A DNA stretch of 64,000 nt from Convolutriloba macropyga (Eukaryota). Below are positions 53,034 through 64,000 of this stretch, in pieces (the first letter of the stretch is position 1; the number at the start of each line of letters is the position of its first letter). The notes beneath the pieces are model-generated. The model was not told where the DNA came from, ran no database searches, and worked only from the letters and a program-made list of their open reading frames with translations. The position numbers and the translations under genes are program-made. The stretch is taken from the NCBI RefSeq assembly GCF_964194025.1, contig NC_134473.1:2170001-2234000 (forward strand), in the 5' to 3' direction.

Positions 53034-53950
53034 TTGGGATAAAAAATTCTCGAAATGAGTTTTTCACCATAAATATTACCATCAATCCTCAATTACAAGA
53101 CCTTACAAACTAAGCTACTTTTATTAGCTTAGTTTTTTTTTGTGGGGGGGGGGGGGGGGAGGTTGGGTTAGGAGGTGGTTAGTTTAATCAAAATTTCCCA
53201 ATTTCGCCCCCTCACCTTGAATATTACCAGGGGTTCCAAACTGCTATACCTTACAATTAGCTATTGTCAAAGTCCAATGTTCAAAAACAAAAGTCAAAAA
53301 TCAAAACGGATGTAAATGATTGAATAAAAAGAAGTGAAAATTCAAGTCTTGAACAAACGTGGGTCCGCTTAAAAAACACAGACGGTAGTATACTTCTCTA
53401 TCCTAACCTAAGTGAATACTGAACACCGGAACACACGCAAGAGAAATTCACCTAGCCCAGTAAAAAACAAAAATGAAATCAAAAAAATATTTGAAAAAAA
53501 TCCAGACAAACATTTTTCAATTCAGGTGCTTGGGGTTTTTGAGGGAGGAGTAGTTTGGGGGGGGGGGGGTGGTAGGTGAGGAGGGGAGTCAGGTGGAGGG
53601 CAGGGCGCAGGGTTAGGTAGGTGATGAGAGGGGATAGTTGGAGGGGGTTGTTGGATGGGAGGAGCGTATGTGGAGGTGAGGGGTATGTAGATGTGGGGCT
53701 GCGGGTAGGCTAGGCGGGGGCTAACTGTAAGTAGGTGGCTTGATGAGTAGCTTCGGTAGGTATGAGGTACTTAGATGGGACCAAACGTTCTCAAAATGAC
53801 ATTTTCATCTTGAAAATTACCATCATTTTTAGTTACGATACATTACAAACTAAGCTACTTATAAAATAGCACAGACATGTTTAAACAAAGTCAACGATTA
53901 AAATCGGTAGTCAATTTTTGAAAACATAAGTTAAATTTCAAGTCATGACT
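53034..53950 (+). repeat. Repeat modules separated by strand-biased G-rich tracts
   Basis: 53034-53130 matches 53775-53870 (attaccatca...ttacaaactaagctacttt); G-rich tracts at 53143-53180 and 53525-53775. Confidence 0.75.
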
Positions 53951-53966
53951 TTAGCTTAAATTTGAA

Positions 53967-54150
53967 GAATCTCAATACTCCTCTTTGAGTCGTAAAAACA
54001 TGTGGAATCCCAATGCCCCTCTTCGAGTCGTAAAGACTTGTAGAAAATCGTTACTCCACTTCCAGTCGCAAAAAAATGTAGAATCTCAATACTCCTCTTC
54101 GAGCTGCAAAAAAACCTGTAGAATCTCAAAACTCATCTTCGGGTGGTAAT
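53967..54150 (+). repeat. Minisatellite, 5 x ~38 bp
   Basis: Units like gaatctcaatactcctcttcgagtcgtaaaaacatgta, contiguous with no unique spacers. Confidence 0.85.
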
Positions 54151-55222
54151 AATTTTGTTCAAAATCTGGTTAGGAAAATGTGGTAACAAGTGACACTTAC
54201 ATTGCCTGAAGATTTGTATATAAATAAAAAGTCAAAGATTTCTACTCGAATATTTCAAGTTGAAGTAAATGTTCAAATTTTGTATTTTGCCGTTTTTTCT
54301 TTCATTGTTTTTTTTACCTGAGATCATCTAATTCAAATCTAGTGGACTTGCTCAAAATACAACGCAGAGTTTTCATATTAGCTTGAAGATTTGCAAAACG
54401 GCATTGTTGAATTGCCAATCATTCAGGCTATAAAACTCAATTCGAAAAACTGCAGAGATCATGTATTCCTGTTACAAACTTTGCGGGGTACTATACTTTT
54501 TTCGTTAAATTTGTTGTGCTTTTTCAGCCTACAAATTCAACAATACTCAACCTGATTATTGATGCAGTTTTTTTCTCTTTGTTTGAGTTAAACTTTTTGC
54601 CTTTTGATTGTTTTGAGCGCTTAGAAAATTCTCGTTTCAAATATTGTACTCATACCTTGAAAACTAGGAAAATCCATATGGTCTTGTATTTCTATGCACT
54701 GTAGAAATTTAATAATTTAAGGTTACTAAAAAATATTTCAGAGTTACTATGTTCTTTAAAAATTTAAGTGAATCAATTTAAAAATTTTAAATTTTGATCG
54801 TCATACCTTGATTTCATTTGACTCTTAAGTTTTTAACAGCGTTATAACCTTCTGTACACTTATACGGTCATGCAACATTGTACATGACAGTAACTGCTGT
54901 TTTTGATGACTTTTATTTTTGATTTGGAATTTTGGATATAATGGCAAAGTATCTTTTGGCTAAAATGATAAGCTATTAGCAAGGAATTAAACTTGTCAAG
55001 TGTATCTGATATACACTTCTAATTTAAAAATTGCAACAAGATGGTTGTAATGAAAATACTGTCGGGACATCAGTTGCACAAGAAACACTGGAAAAAAAAC
55101 GACAAATGAGAAATTTTTCATCCAAAATAACAGTTTTTAACCAGAACAGCTTGAAATGAATCTAAAGTATATACTCTAAACATGTTAATATAATACGAAA
55201 TTGCAAAAAGCTGTTTTGATAG

Positions 55223-55461
55223 ACACCACATATCAGCGTATGGAGAAACACTGCCTTTTCTGTCATCCAATTTCTTATAAAAGGTATTCTTACTCTCGCA
55301 TCAGGATCCATGTCCCTCGTTCTATATGGAAAAATCATTCGAGAGCTCAATTCTTCGGTTTCAACCTCAGCAGACACTCACAGCCGGAATCGATTACTGG
55401 CTGTTTCCTTCAAGCTCATTTGCTCTATGTTCCTAGGGATCTTTTCAGTTTTTCGACTGCA
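55223..55461 (+). CDS. 7TM receptor exon C (TM5-ICL3-TM6); missed by the ORF track
   Basis: Acceptor ttttgatag|ACA (phase 0): TPHISVWRNTAFSVIQFLIKGILTLASGSMSLVLYGKIIRELNSSVSTSADTHSRNRLLAVSFKLICSMFLGIFSVFRL. LY.KI..L is the typical TM5 end. Candidate donor CA|gtaatc. Confidence 0.75.
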
Positions 55462-57935
55462 GTAATCTGTCTAAACTGATATGCTAAAATCGATTAGTTT
55501 CAATCTTTTGTAAGAATGGTCCATTTCAACCGATCCTTTAAAATTATTGTTTTGTTAACACTGAAAAAAAACAATCGAATCAAAACAGAAAAAAGCACAA
55601 AAACTGTTTACTCTGCTCCATTTTAAAAGTAAGGTTTATTTGTCATAATTTCAACCTTATTAGTATAAAAAAAACTTATGAAGTTACTACTGCATGCAAC
55701 CTCTATACCAAAAATTATTGCATATCAGTTGTTGTACACAAAAATTCTATTGTTTTAAAAAACACCTACTTCAAGTGAGTTCTCATCAGAATTGATTATC
55801 ATTTACCAATATTTTTTGAAGATTTTTTTGAAGCACAACAAAAACATCAATAAAACACTCATAAATTTTATTAAGTCGGACACATTCTGTCCGGTAAAAA
55901 TACGTAAACTGAATGGAAAAGCGCAACTTGTGTTCCTTCATAAAAAGCAATCATTTCCGCACACATGTTGCACAGCAAAAACAATTTGAAATCGAACCCC
56001 ACAGTTGAAAAGGAATGTAACTATAAATCTAAAAGTGAGAAAAGATTAATAAAACGCATCTTTGCACGAAATTTAACAGCAATTAGGACTGACACATAAG
56101 TGCATTCCTTTAATAGAAATGTGTAAATGAATATCTGCTTAAAATAGAAAAAGATATAAGTCAACAAATTCTAATATCTCGATGAAAAAGATTAGGAACA
56201 CATCATTGAATATTGCCACATCTAAATGACTTCGAAGTTGTATTTTTAGGGTATTCCTTAACTAATGAGTTTTTCAAGTAAATTCTTGGCACAACAAAAA
56301 TGGGCAATCGACCAAGAGACACTTTTATGCTAGATAAGTTTAGTGGGAAATTAGCTAATTGATACCCCCAAGGTCACTTGTGATGGTACTTTAACGAGTT
56401 TAGAATTGTAACAGTTGAAAGTTGTTTTTTTGTTAAAGTCCAACTTTTGCAAAATAATTGACATCAAAAAAGCTTAAGTTCCGAGATTATATAAAATAAA
56501 TGTAACATAAAAACAAAATTTTCAGATGACCTGTACGTCCTCTAGACAAGTTGAATGACTAGAGCCTAGAAATTTGATCAATTGATAACCTGGGATATTA
56601 TGAAACAAAAAACTGATTGGTTAAAGAAGATTACGTAGTCTCAATGGGTTTTTTCTGCATGTTTTGCAACTGAAGAGTTATGCAAAAGTGGAAAAATAAT
56701 GAGACAGAGGACTTCACTTAACTAAAAAAAATTGCCACTTTTTAAGTACCATACGAAAAGCCTCCTCGTTTTCTCATCTTTGTCACAATTATCTCTTCAA
56801 ACGAAAAATGAATTCGGATTTAGTTGAAAACTTGAAAACGGTTTCTAGAACCAACACTACGATTTTGAAAACCGCGTTCAAACAAATTGATGCATATGCG
56901 GAAGAGAAACAAATTTATAAGAAGGTGGCTAACCATCAGCTTAATCAAATACAGAAGTACAACACTGGTGAGAAAGAAAACACTCTAAAAGGAGATGAGG
57001 AAACAGTTTTGCTGATTACTTTGCTTCTTCAAATCAGAATTAAACAGATATGATTACCTGCAAACTATTTATTCATTCAATATTAGTTAAGATGAAATTT
57101 GGGTAGCGAGACAATAATTTTTTGTATACTTACTGATTGAAAACCTTGATTGATGCTTTGAGAAAAAAAAAGTAAATGGTACTCAATTGAAGCGAGCACA
57201 GCTACTCCTTTCTTTGTATTCGACAAGGGATATTTGTTCTTTAAGAGGCGAAAAAACAAAGAATCAAATACAGCCGAGTGAAAAGCACTTTTTTGGTGTT
57301 TTGTTTTAAAATAAATTATCAAGCAATTGCAAAATTTCTTTTTTTTTCCATTCCTCATTTTCTTTCTCTTCACACCCGGTAGTTCCGGTAGTTCCTAGAC
57401 TGATTGGCTCATGTTCATGACTTGATTTTTGAAGAAAACAAATACGGATGAAAAATTACTAAAAAAATTAAACAAAAACTCCAAATTGATGGGAGCTGAA
57501 CATGAACCAGAACAAGAGGAAGCGATGAGGAAGATTTCGAATCCTCACTTCAAGACTTCAAATCCATACTTCAAGATTGCAAACTGTGAATTGAGGGAAT
57601 GCGTTTCGTTTCATTTCGATTAACTGGTTGTATATAAATTTATCGATCAAAATTGTAGACTTCCTAATACATGGATTTGGGTTTGTAAGCAAAATCAAGC
57701 AAAGCTTTTTCAATTGCCATCATGGAAATTATTAAGAATTTATGCTTGATGCAGAAAAAAACCAATTGTTTTGAGTTGAGTTTTTAACTGGTGCAGTTTC
57801 AACTATATCAATTATAGCTGATAACAAACCATTTCAGTTTTTATGTTTCAACTAGCTATCTTATTACTCACTTTGGAAACGGGATTAAAAGTTTCAATTT
57901 TCGTTAATTTGAAAATCGCCTGTAAAAATTTCAAT

Positions 57936-60780
57936 TGTTTAGAATCGATCTGCAACAGTTAAGGAGTAGTCGAGTAAGAAATTTTTTTACTGGTAAGAGA
58001 TTGATTTACTAAGGTTGAGAGAAATTTGAAACAAGAAGCAACGGTTTCACACACTGGTATAGGAGCAACACATTAAGGTCCTGGACAGTTTGATAATTGA
58101 CAATACATGGTGGTATTACTATTAACATTTTAGGTTTGAGTATGGGAAAAAAATAAAGATTTCTCTTTAAAATTACCTTTATGACTATAGGTTGTGTTTT
58201 GCACAACCTATTATGACTATAGGTTGTGTTTTGCAAAAATTTGGCTCAGGTTTCAAGCTTTTCAATTAACAAAATTGATCTGCTCAGTTTTTGATTTTTA
58301 TCAAATAAATCGACGAGGCAATATCTACCATCTTATTACCATCACTATTAACACTTTTTTTAAAAGTCAAAACTAATGACACATAACATCTTTAATGGAT
58401 GCAGCTAATTTGAAATTGAATGTATTCGCCGTGGCCGAATTTTTTTGCTTTGATATCTAGTATGAAATATATTTTTTCGTTAACTAATTTTTTTGTTCTA
58501 TGAGTTATAAGTTGTTTTATATCATCAGGTAATCCATTATAATCCTAATTGAAATTAATTATCTCTTCGAATGCTTTATCATAACCAATATTATTAGCAT
58601 AACCAACCTCTTCGAGCAGTATTATTATCATAACCAATATTCCGTCTTTCTTCAGAAAAAAAGCTCACTTCCAATCTAACAATAACATTCAGTACCATTG
58701 ATTACGTTAAACATTTAATGGTTTAGAATCGATCTGCAACGGTTAAGGTGTGGTCGAGTAAAAAATGTTTTATTGGTAAAAGAATAAAATACAATGGTTG
58801 AGAGATTTTTGAAACAAGAAGCAACGGTTTTACACACTGGTATAGGAGCAACACAATAAAGTCCTGGATAGACTGATAATTGATAATACATGGTGGTCTG
58901 TTATTAACATTTTAGGTTTGGGTATAGGAAAAAGATATACCTTTCTCTTTAATAAAAAAAAACTAGGTACCTTTGAATATAGGTTATGTTTTACAAAAAC
59001 TTGGCTCAGGTTTCAAACTTTTCAACTAAATAAATGTGTTCGATCTGCTCAATTTGTGGTTTTCATCAAATAATTTGAGGAGACTTTATCTACCATCTTA
59101 TTACTATTTTTGTAGTCATAAATAATGACACATAACATCTTTAATGGATGCAGCTAATTTGAAAAAAATGTGTATTCGCCGTGGTCTAATTTTATCGCTT
59201 TGATATCGAGTATCAAATACATATAATCTGTTACTACTTTTTATTGTTCTATGATTTGTAAATGGTTTTATGTTATCAAGTAATCCAATATAGTATTTAT
59301 AGAAATTAATTATCTCTTTGAAAGCTTCATCATGAGTATCACTATCATAACTAGTATTCAGTAATTTTTAGAAGAAAAACTCACTTCCAATCTAACAATA
59401 ATATTCAGTACCATTGATTACATTAAAAACTCAATGGTTTAGCATCGATCTGCAACGGTTAAGGAGTGGTCGAGTAAGAAATCGTTTATTGGTGAAAGAT
59501 TAATATACAATTTTGAGAAAAATTTGAAACAAGAAGTGACGATTTTACACACTTTATTACCGTCACTATTAAAACTGATAATTTGTTTAGTCAAACCTAA
59601 TGACACATAACATCTTTAAAAGATGCAGCTAATTTAAAATAAAGTGCATTCGTCGTGGTCCAATATTATCGCTTTTATATCTAGTATCAAATACATATAT
59701 TCTGTAACTACTTTTTATTGTTCTATAATTTCCAAATGGTTTTATATTATAAGCTAATCCAATATAGGCTTTATTGAATTTAATTATATCTTTGAATGCT
59801 TCATCATGATTATGACTATCATAACCAATATTCAGTCTTTCTTCAGAAAAAAATTCACTTCCAATCTAAAAATAACAATCAGAACCAATGAATATAATAA
59901 ACATTCAATGGTTAAGCATCGATCTGCAACGATTAAGGAGTGGTCGAGTAAGAAATCTTTTATTGGTAAAAGATTAATATACAATGGTTGAGAGAAATTT
60001 GAAACAAGAAGCAACGGTTTTACACACTGGTACAGGAGCAACACATTAGGGTCCTGGATAGACTGATAATTGATAATACATGGTGGATTGTTATAAACAA
60101 TTTGGGTTTGGGAATGGGAAAAAGATATAGATTTCTCTTTAATAAAAAACTATGTAGCTTTGACTATTGGTTATGTTTTTTGGCCCAGCTTTCAAACTTT
60201 TCAGTTAACAAAATGTGTTCCGTCTGCTCCTTGTTTGGTTTTTATCAGATAGTTCGACGAGGCAATATCTACCATCTTATTACCATCACTATTAACACTT
60301 ATAATTTTTTAAGTCAAAACTAATGACACATAACGTCTTTAATGGATGCAGCTAATTTGAAATAAAGTGTATTCGTCGTGGTCCAATGTTATCACTTTTA
60401 TATCTAGTATCAAACACATATATTTGTAACTACTATTATTGTTCTATGGTTTTTAAATGGTTTTATTTTATCAGGTAAATCAATATAGTCTTTATTGAAA
60501 TTAATTATCCCTTTGAATGCTTCATCATGAGTATCACTATCATAACAATATTCAGTATTTCTTCAGAAAAAAAACTCACTTCCAATCTAACAATAACATT
60601 CAGTACCATTGATCACATTAAAAATTCAATGGTTTAGCATCGATCTGCAACGGTTAAGGAGTGGTCGAGTAAGAAATATTTGTTGCTGATGGATTAATAC
60701 ACAATTTGGAGAAAAATTTGAAACAAGAAGCAACGGTTTTACGCACTGATATAGGAGCAATATAATAAGATCAATTACAA
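57936..60780. repeat. Tandem array (4 units plus a partial one, ~475-780 bp), each with an unknown module and the 3' end of the capsid gene
   Basis: Marker atcgatctgcaac.gttaagg recurs in units starting ~57936, 58717, 59433, 59907, 60628. The minus strand of each second half reads like INGTECYC*IGSEF..EERLNIGY..N.DEAFKEIINFNKDYIGL..NIKPF.NHRTI.SS..IYVFDTRY...DGNKMVDI. Confidence 0.9.
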
Positions 60781-60789
60781 TAACAGTAC

Positions 60790-61773
60790 AATTCCAGTCT
60801 AACATAAACCTTCAGTACCATTGATTATTTTAAACAAACTTTTATCTTGTTCTTGCATTTTTACATTATTATTCTCAAAACAGACTTTCATATATTGTGA
60901 TCTCTCCATGCCACTCTCTAATTCAAGATCAGACAAGAATTTAGTAGCTTTCTTTAGGATTATATTTTTGTTATTACTACGATCTATTGATGGTGCACAT
61001 CAAGATATCTCTCTAAGTTTAGTGTTCCTCCTCTACATTAGTGTTCTTGTCTTTAGACATTTCAAAACAAAAAATCGGTTCTCTCGAAACTTCAATAAAT
61101 TGATCACCAAAGTGATCCCTTTTTATCTAATTCAAACTTGTTCTTTTGTCCTTACTGGGATCTATTGATGATACACATCAAGATAATTCTCTAATCTCTG
61201 TGTTAGCACTATTTGCAACGGCAACTTGAGTACCATTAACGCTATATAACGCTCTAAATATTATTTCTCTCTATTGTTAACTTGAGCAATATGCAAATAA
61301 ATTTTTTCTACGTCATTAACAAAACTAAATAGATCAGTCATCTTAACCCACATATTCAATTGACAGCATCCAACGGAAACATCAACAATTTTCAATTGAT
61401 TATCTCTATCACCTGATCTCTAACAAAAACATTTTCGTTTTATCACTATTAGCACCATGAAATTTATACAATAATAGATAAAATGACAATGATCTAAGTG
61501 TTAAATCGTTCTACCTTTACTAGTTCAAAATCTAATGGAACTGATCATCTAATAATCAACATCATCTAATAATTAACATAAATAAGTTAAGCATCTTTTC
61601 CAAACATACCTCCAATCAGCTATATAATCAGCTACATTAAATTCAACCTCAAGGTAAGAGATTCAAATGGATTTAATCCTCATCGAATATAACTTTATGG
61701 TCTGTCTTTTAAGATCTTGTTTTTGTTGTATATCACTATTAAACCCATAAGTTTTATCTAAATTGCAGTCCAT
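60790..61773 (-). pseudogene. Polinton/Maverick-like major capsid protein (double jelly-roll), decayed; C-terminus lies in the array
   Basis: ATG at 61773 (MDCNLDKTYGFNSDIQ). Fragments SYLEVEFNV, TSKGRTI*HLDHCH, GDRDNQLK, MWVKMTDLFSFVND, AVANSANTEIRELS, ESGMERSQY..CFENNNV continue into the array motif. Recognised by eye, and supported by the adjacent penton and ATPase. Confidence 0.65.
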
Positions 61774-61788
61774 TTTTAAAATATAAAA

Positions 61789-62546
61789 ATGGCAAAAGAC
61801 TAAACTTTTAATGGGAAAACAAAAAAATCACTAAAGGGTTAACTACAATTGAAGATGAACATGCATTGAATTTTAAGATGATAAAACCAACAGAAAGATT
61901 TTGCTTTAACGAATCTATACTCAATACTTCAAAGTTCAATTTTATTAGACTCTGTTAGAAATCAGCCAGTTTTTCAGTATAACTGAAAGGAATAATCAAT
62001 TACTATTTTCTAAAAAACTTATAAAATTACAAAAACTTTTACCGGGAATCGAAGATGATGCTACAAAGTAAATTATAAAAACACCTGGTGCATATGAAAC
62101 ATCTGATATAGCAGATTTAATAAAAGAAACTGATAGAAGTGTTGTAATCGAAGTTTAAAGGAATGCAGAATAATTTAAGGTGGATGTTAGTGGTTTTGTT
62201 ATCTTGGATATCGATAATTCAATCGCATCATTACAAGGAATTCAATAGCAAAACTCATCAAAAGATAAATAAGCTGCTGATAAGATAGTTGTTATTATGG
62301 ATTTTAGTACAATTATTATTTACTTCAATCTCTGATCTAGTGTTAAAGATAATGGTAAAGACTCGTATATTATACACATTCAATCTAACACAACCACCAG
62401 GTCATATGATAATCTTTGCACCACCAAAGCTTTATATCAAAACCTAACAAGAGAATTGCTTTGAATCTAGTATTATAGATGAACAAGGAAGATCAATCAA
62501 TTTCAGTAAAGATGTTTTAAAATTTGCATTACATTTGATGCTGTAA
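61789..62546 (+). pseudogene. Polinton/Maverick-like minor capsid protein (penton, single jelly-roll), decayed
   Basis: Ordered motifs SITERNNQ, PGAYETSDIADLI, NSIASLQG, DKIVVIMDFSTIII, DNGKDSYII, FNLTQPPGHMI, IIDEQGRSINFSKDVLKFALHL* match the penton pattern (NIT..NN, PG.Y...I, SI..LLGF, NG....I, PGY.I, DQ.G..I.F). Confidence 0.78.
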
Positions 62547-62679
62547 TTAACTTTGATAATAAATTGAGTATAAAATAAACAATTAATTTTTTTAAAATTT
62601 TTAATAAAATAAAAATAATGAAAATATTTGAATTTTTAATTATAAATCTAATGATAATTATAATCAAGCTGGTAATCAA

Positions 62680-62935
62680 TAATTAACTGAATCTTCTCCC
62701 TATTAACCCTTACTTTTCCGTTAGTGCTCTTATTTTTAGATATTTCTAAAACAATGTAATAATACAGTTCTCTCCAAACTTCATTGATTTGATCAGCAAA
62801 GTGATCGTACTTTATCTCACGATCAGTAAAGAACTCATCAACATTGTACTCGTAATCCTACCTCTCTGCCCAAACTCTAAAAGCAAATTACATTTCTCTA
62901 TTATAAACATTTTGTTTATCAAATGAAAACAGTTT
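62680..62935 (-). pseudogene. Probable C-terminal fragment of an A32/FtsK-like packaging ATPase
   Basis: RNVNLLLEFGQRGR and EFFTDREIKYDHFADQINEVWRELYYIVLEISKNKSTNGKVRVN resemble the IR.N.N...F / F..L...W...Y...ID tail of Polinton ATPases; Walker motifs are not present. Confidence 0.5.
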
Positions 62936-62939
62936 TTAA

Positions 62940-64000
62940 TTAAGATATACAATATCTCAACTTTCTGCCGAAATCTATTCCCATCGAAATTTGATTTGTT
63001 TTAATTACTTTCGACAAAATTTTTTTTCTGCTAAGTTTTTTATACAGAAAGAATCCTTCTAACATAGTTTTTAATTTTTACATTTCACAATACCTTTAAA
63101 TAAACGCTTTTTTGGAGATCAACGATGTTGTAAAATAAGTTTTCAATTTTGGTCATATTTATACTTTAAAAAAAATCATCGCCTTTTAAGTGAATTTGAA
63201 CGGAAAACTTTCTGCAACAACAGCGTCAAGAAAATTCATTGCAATAGAAACATTGTGATATTGGATAATCGTTCTCTAAAAGCATCGTTGTTAAAAATTT
63301 AATTTTGAGTTTATTTTTTTTGTCAAAAATGCCGCTTTTGTAATATCTAATGCTCACAAAAATGGTCTTTATAATACAAATTTGATAGAAAAGTCTCTTG
63401 TGCAAAACTATTCATTCTGAAAACCAATTATTATATGAGAAAAATTTGTTAGAAATATGAAGCGTGCTTCGAAGGAAGCGGACTTCTAAAATAAGTTTTT
63501 AAAGGATTCAAAATTGAATTGATATATTGAATTGAATTGTGTTTTGAAAGAGGTGGAATTGGAAAATAAGTTTTTCAAAGATTAAAAATCGAATTGATTT
63601 ATATGCCGAAAATACATATTAATGCAAGTTTGAATAACAAATTTTCACGCAAAATGTTCATTGAAAAATAGTTTTAAAAAATTTCTCTACGAATATTAAT
63701 TTGCTTTCAAAACTGCGTATTAATAAGCTTTGAGATCAACGTCGTTGAGATTCAAATTTGATTTTATTTCTTTGACAAAAGTGAATTTTTTAATCACTTT
63801 TAATTGAAGTCGTTTTTAATTGAAGTCGTTTTTAATTGTAATTTTTATAGCAAATCTTTTTCATCAAAATTATTTATACAAAAAAAACAATTTTGAGAAA
63901 AACTGATTTAGATTCTTAAATTTAAACACCCGTGCTTCTGATAAGGCGTTTTTGAAAACAAAGTTGAAAATCTGGCAAAAAAAAATCTTTAATGTAAACC
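62940..64000. repeat. AT-rich degenerate repeat region
   Basis: gagatcaacg..gttg at ~63115 and ~63732; aaaataagttttt..a.gatt.aaaat.gaattgat at ~63488 and ~63563; 16-bp tandem at 63797-63840. Confidence 0.55.

Noticed and set aside
52645-53113. ORFs of 70-146 aa across the gap
   Set aside because: Artefacts of translating N.
53967-54150. 38-bp repeats as CRISPR repeats
   Set aside because: Units are contiguous and degenerate, with no spacers.
54528-54704. Possible extra GPCR exon (PTNSTILNLII...)
   Set aside because: Would add a hydrophobic segment between TM4 and TM5; exons B and C already join in frame.
56808-57623. Charged ORFs of 81 aa and 64 aa
   Set aside because: No recognisable motif or splice structure; left unassigned.
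60821-61168. 115-aa hydrophobic plus-strand ORF as a membrane protein or GPCR TM7 exon
   Set aside because: It is the antisense shadow of the capsid and ATPase fragments.
34094-62935. Alternative genetic code to explain the many in-frame stops
   Set aside because: All three stop codons occur with frameshifts and often differ between duplicate copies, while the GPCR exons are open in the standard code; this is ordinary decay.

Overview
AT-rich eukaryotic (probably invertebrate) genomic DNA dominated by decayed repeats; I see no prokaryotic genes, rRNA/tRNA genes or CRISPR arrays, and most ORF-track entries are spurious or pseudogene fragments. From left to right: (1) 1-9.06 kb is a higher-order repeat in which ~148-bp satellite arrays alternate with two copies of a ~3-3.3-kb near-spacerless palindrome. 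(2) 16.3-18.6 kb is an unexplained tandem duplication that looks like former coding sequence. (3) 19.06-25.71 kb is a complete non-autonomous LTR element (long LTRs, tRNA-Asn-type PBS, PPT, 5-bp TSD) carrying a decayed ORF unlike gag/pol. (4) 25.9-45.9 kb holds two decayed minus-strand Ty3/gypsy copies; the first is interrupted by a full-length BEL/Pao element (30694-41862), and the second shows the empty site. (5) 48.3-55.5 kb is a spliced rhodopsin-like 7TM receptor gene with three phase-compatible exons, a MITE and a Penelope-like fragment in its first intron, and an assembly gap. (6) 57.9-62.9 kb is a decayed Polinton/Maverick-like capsid module (major capsid, penton, packaging ATPase) whose capsid 3' end has been amplified into a tandem array. 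All family assignments come from motif recognition by eye, without database searches.
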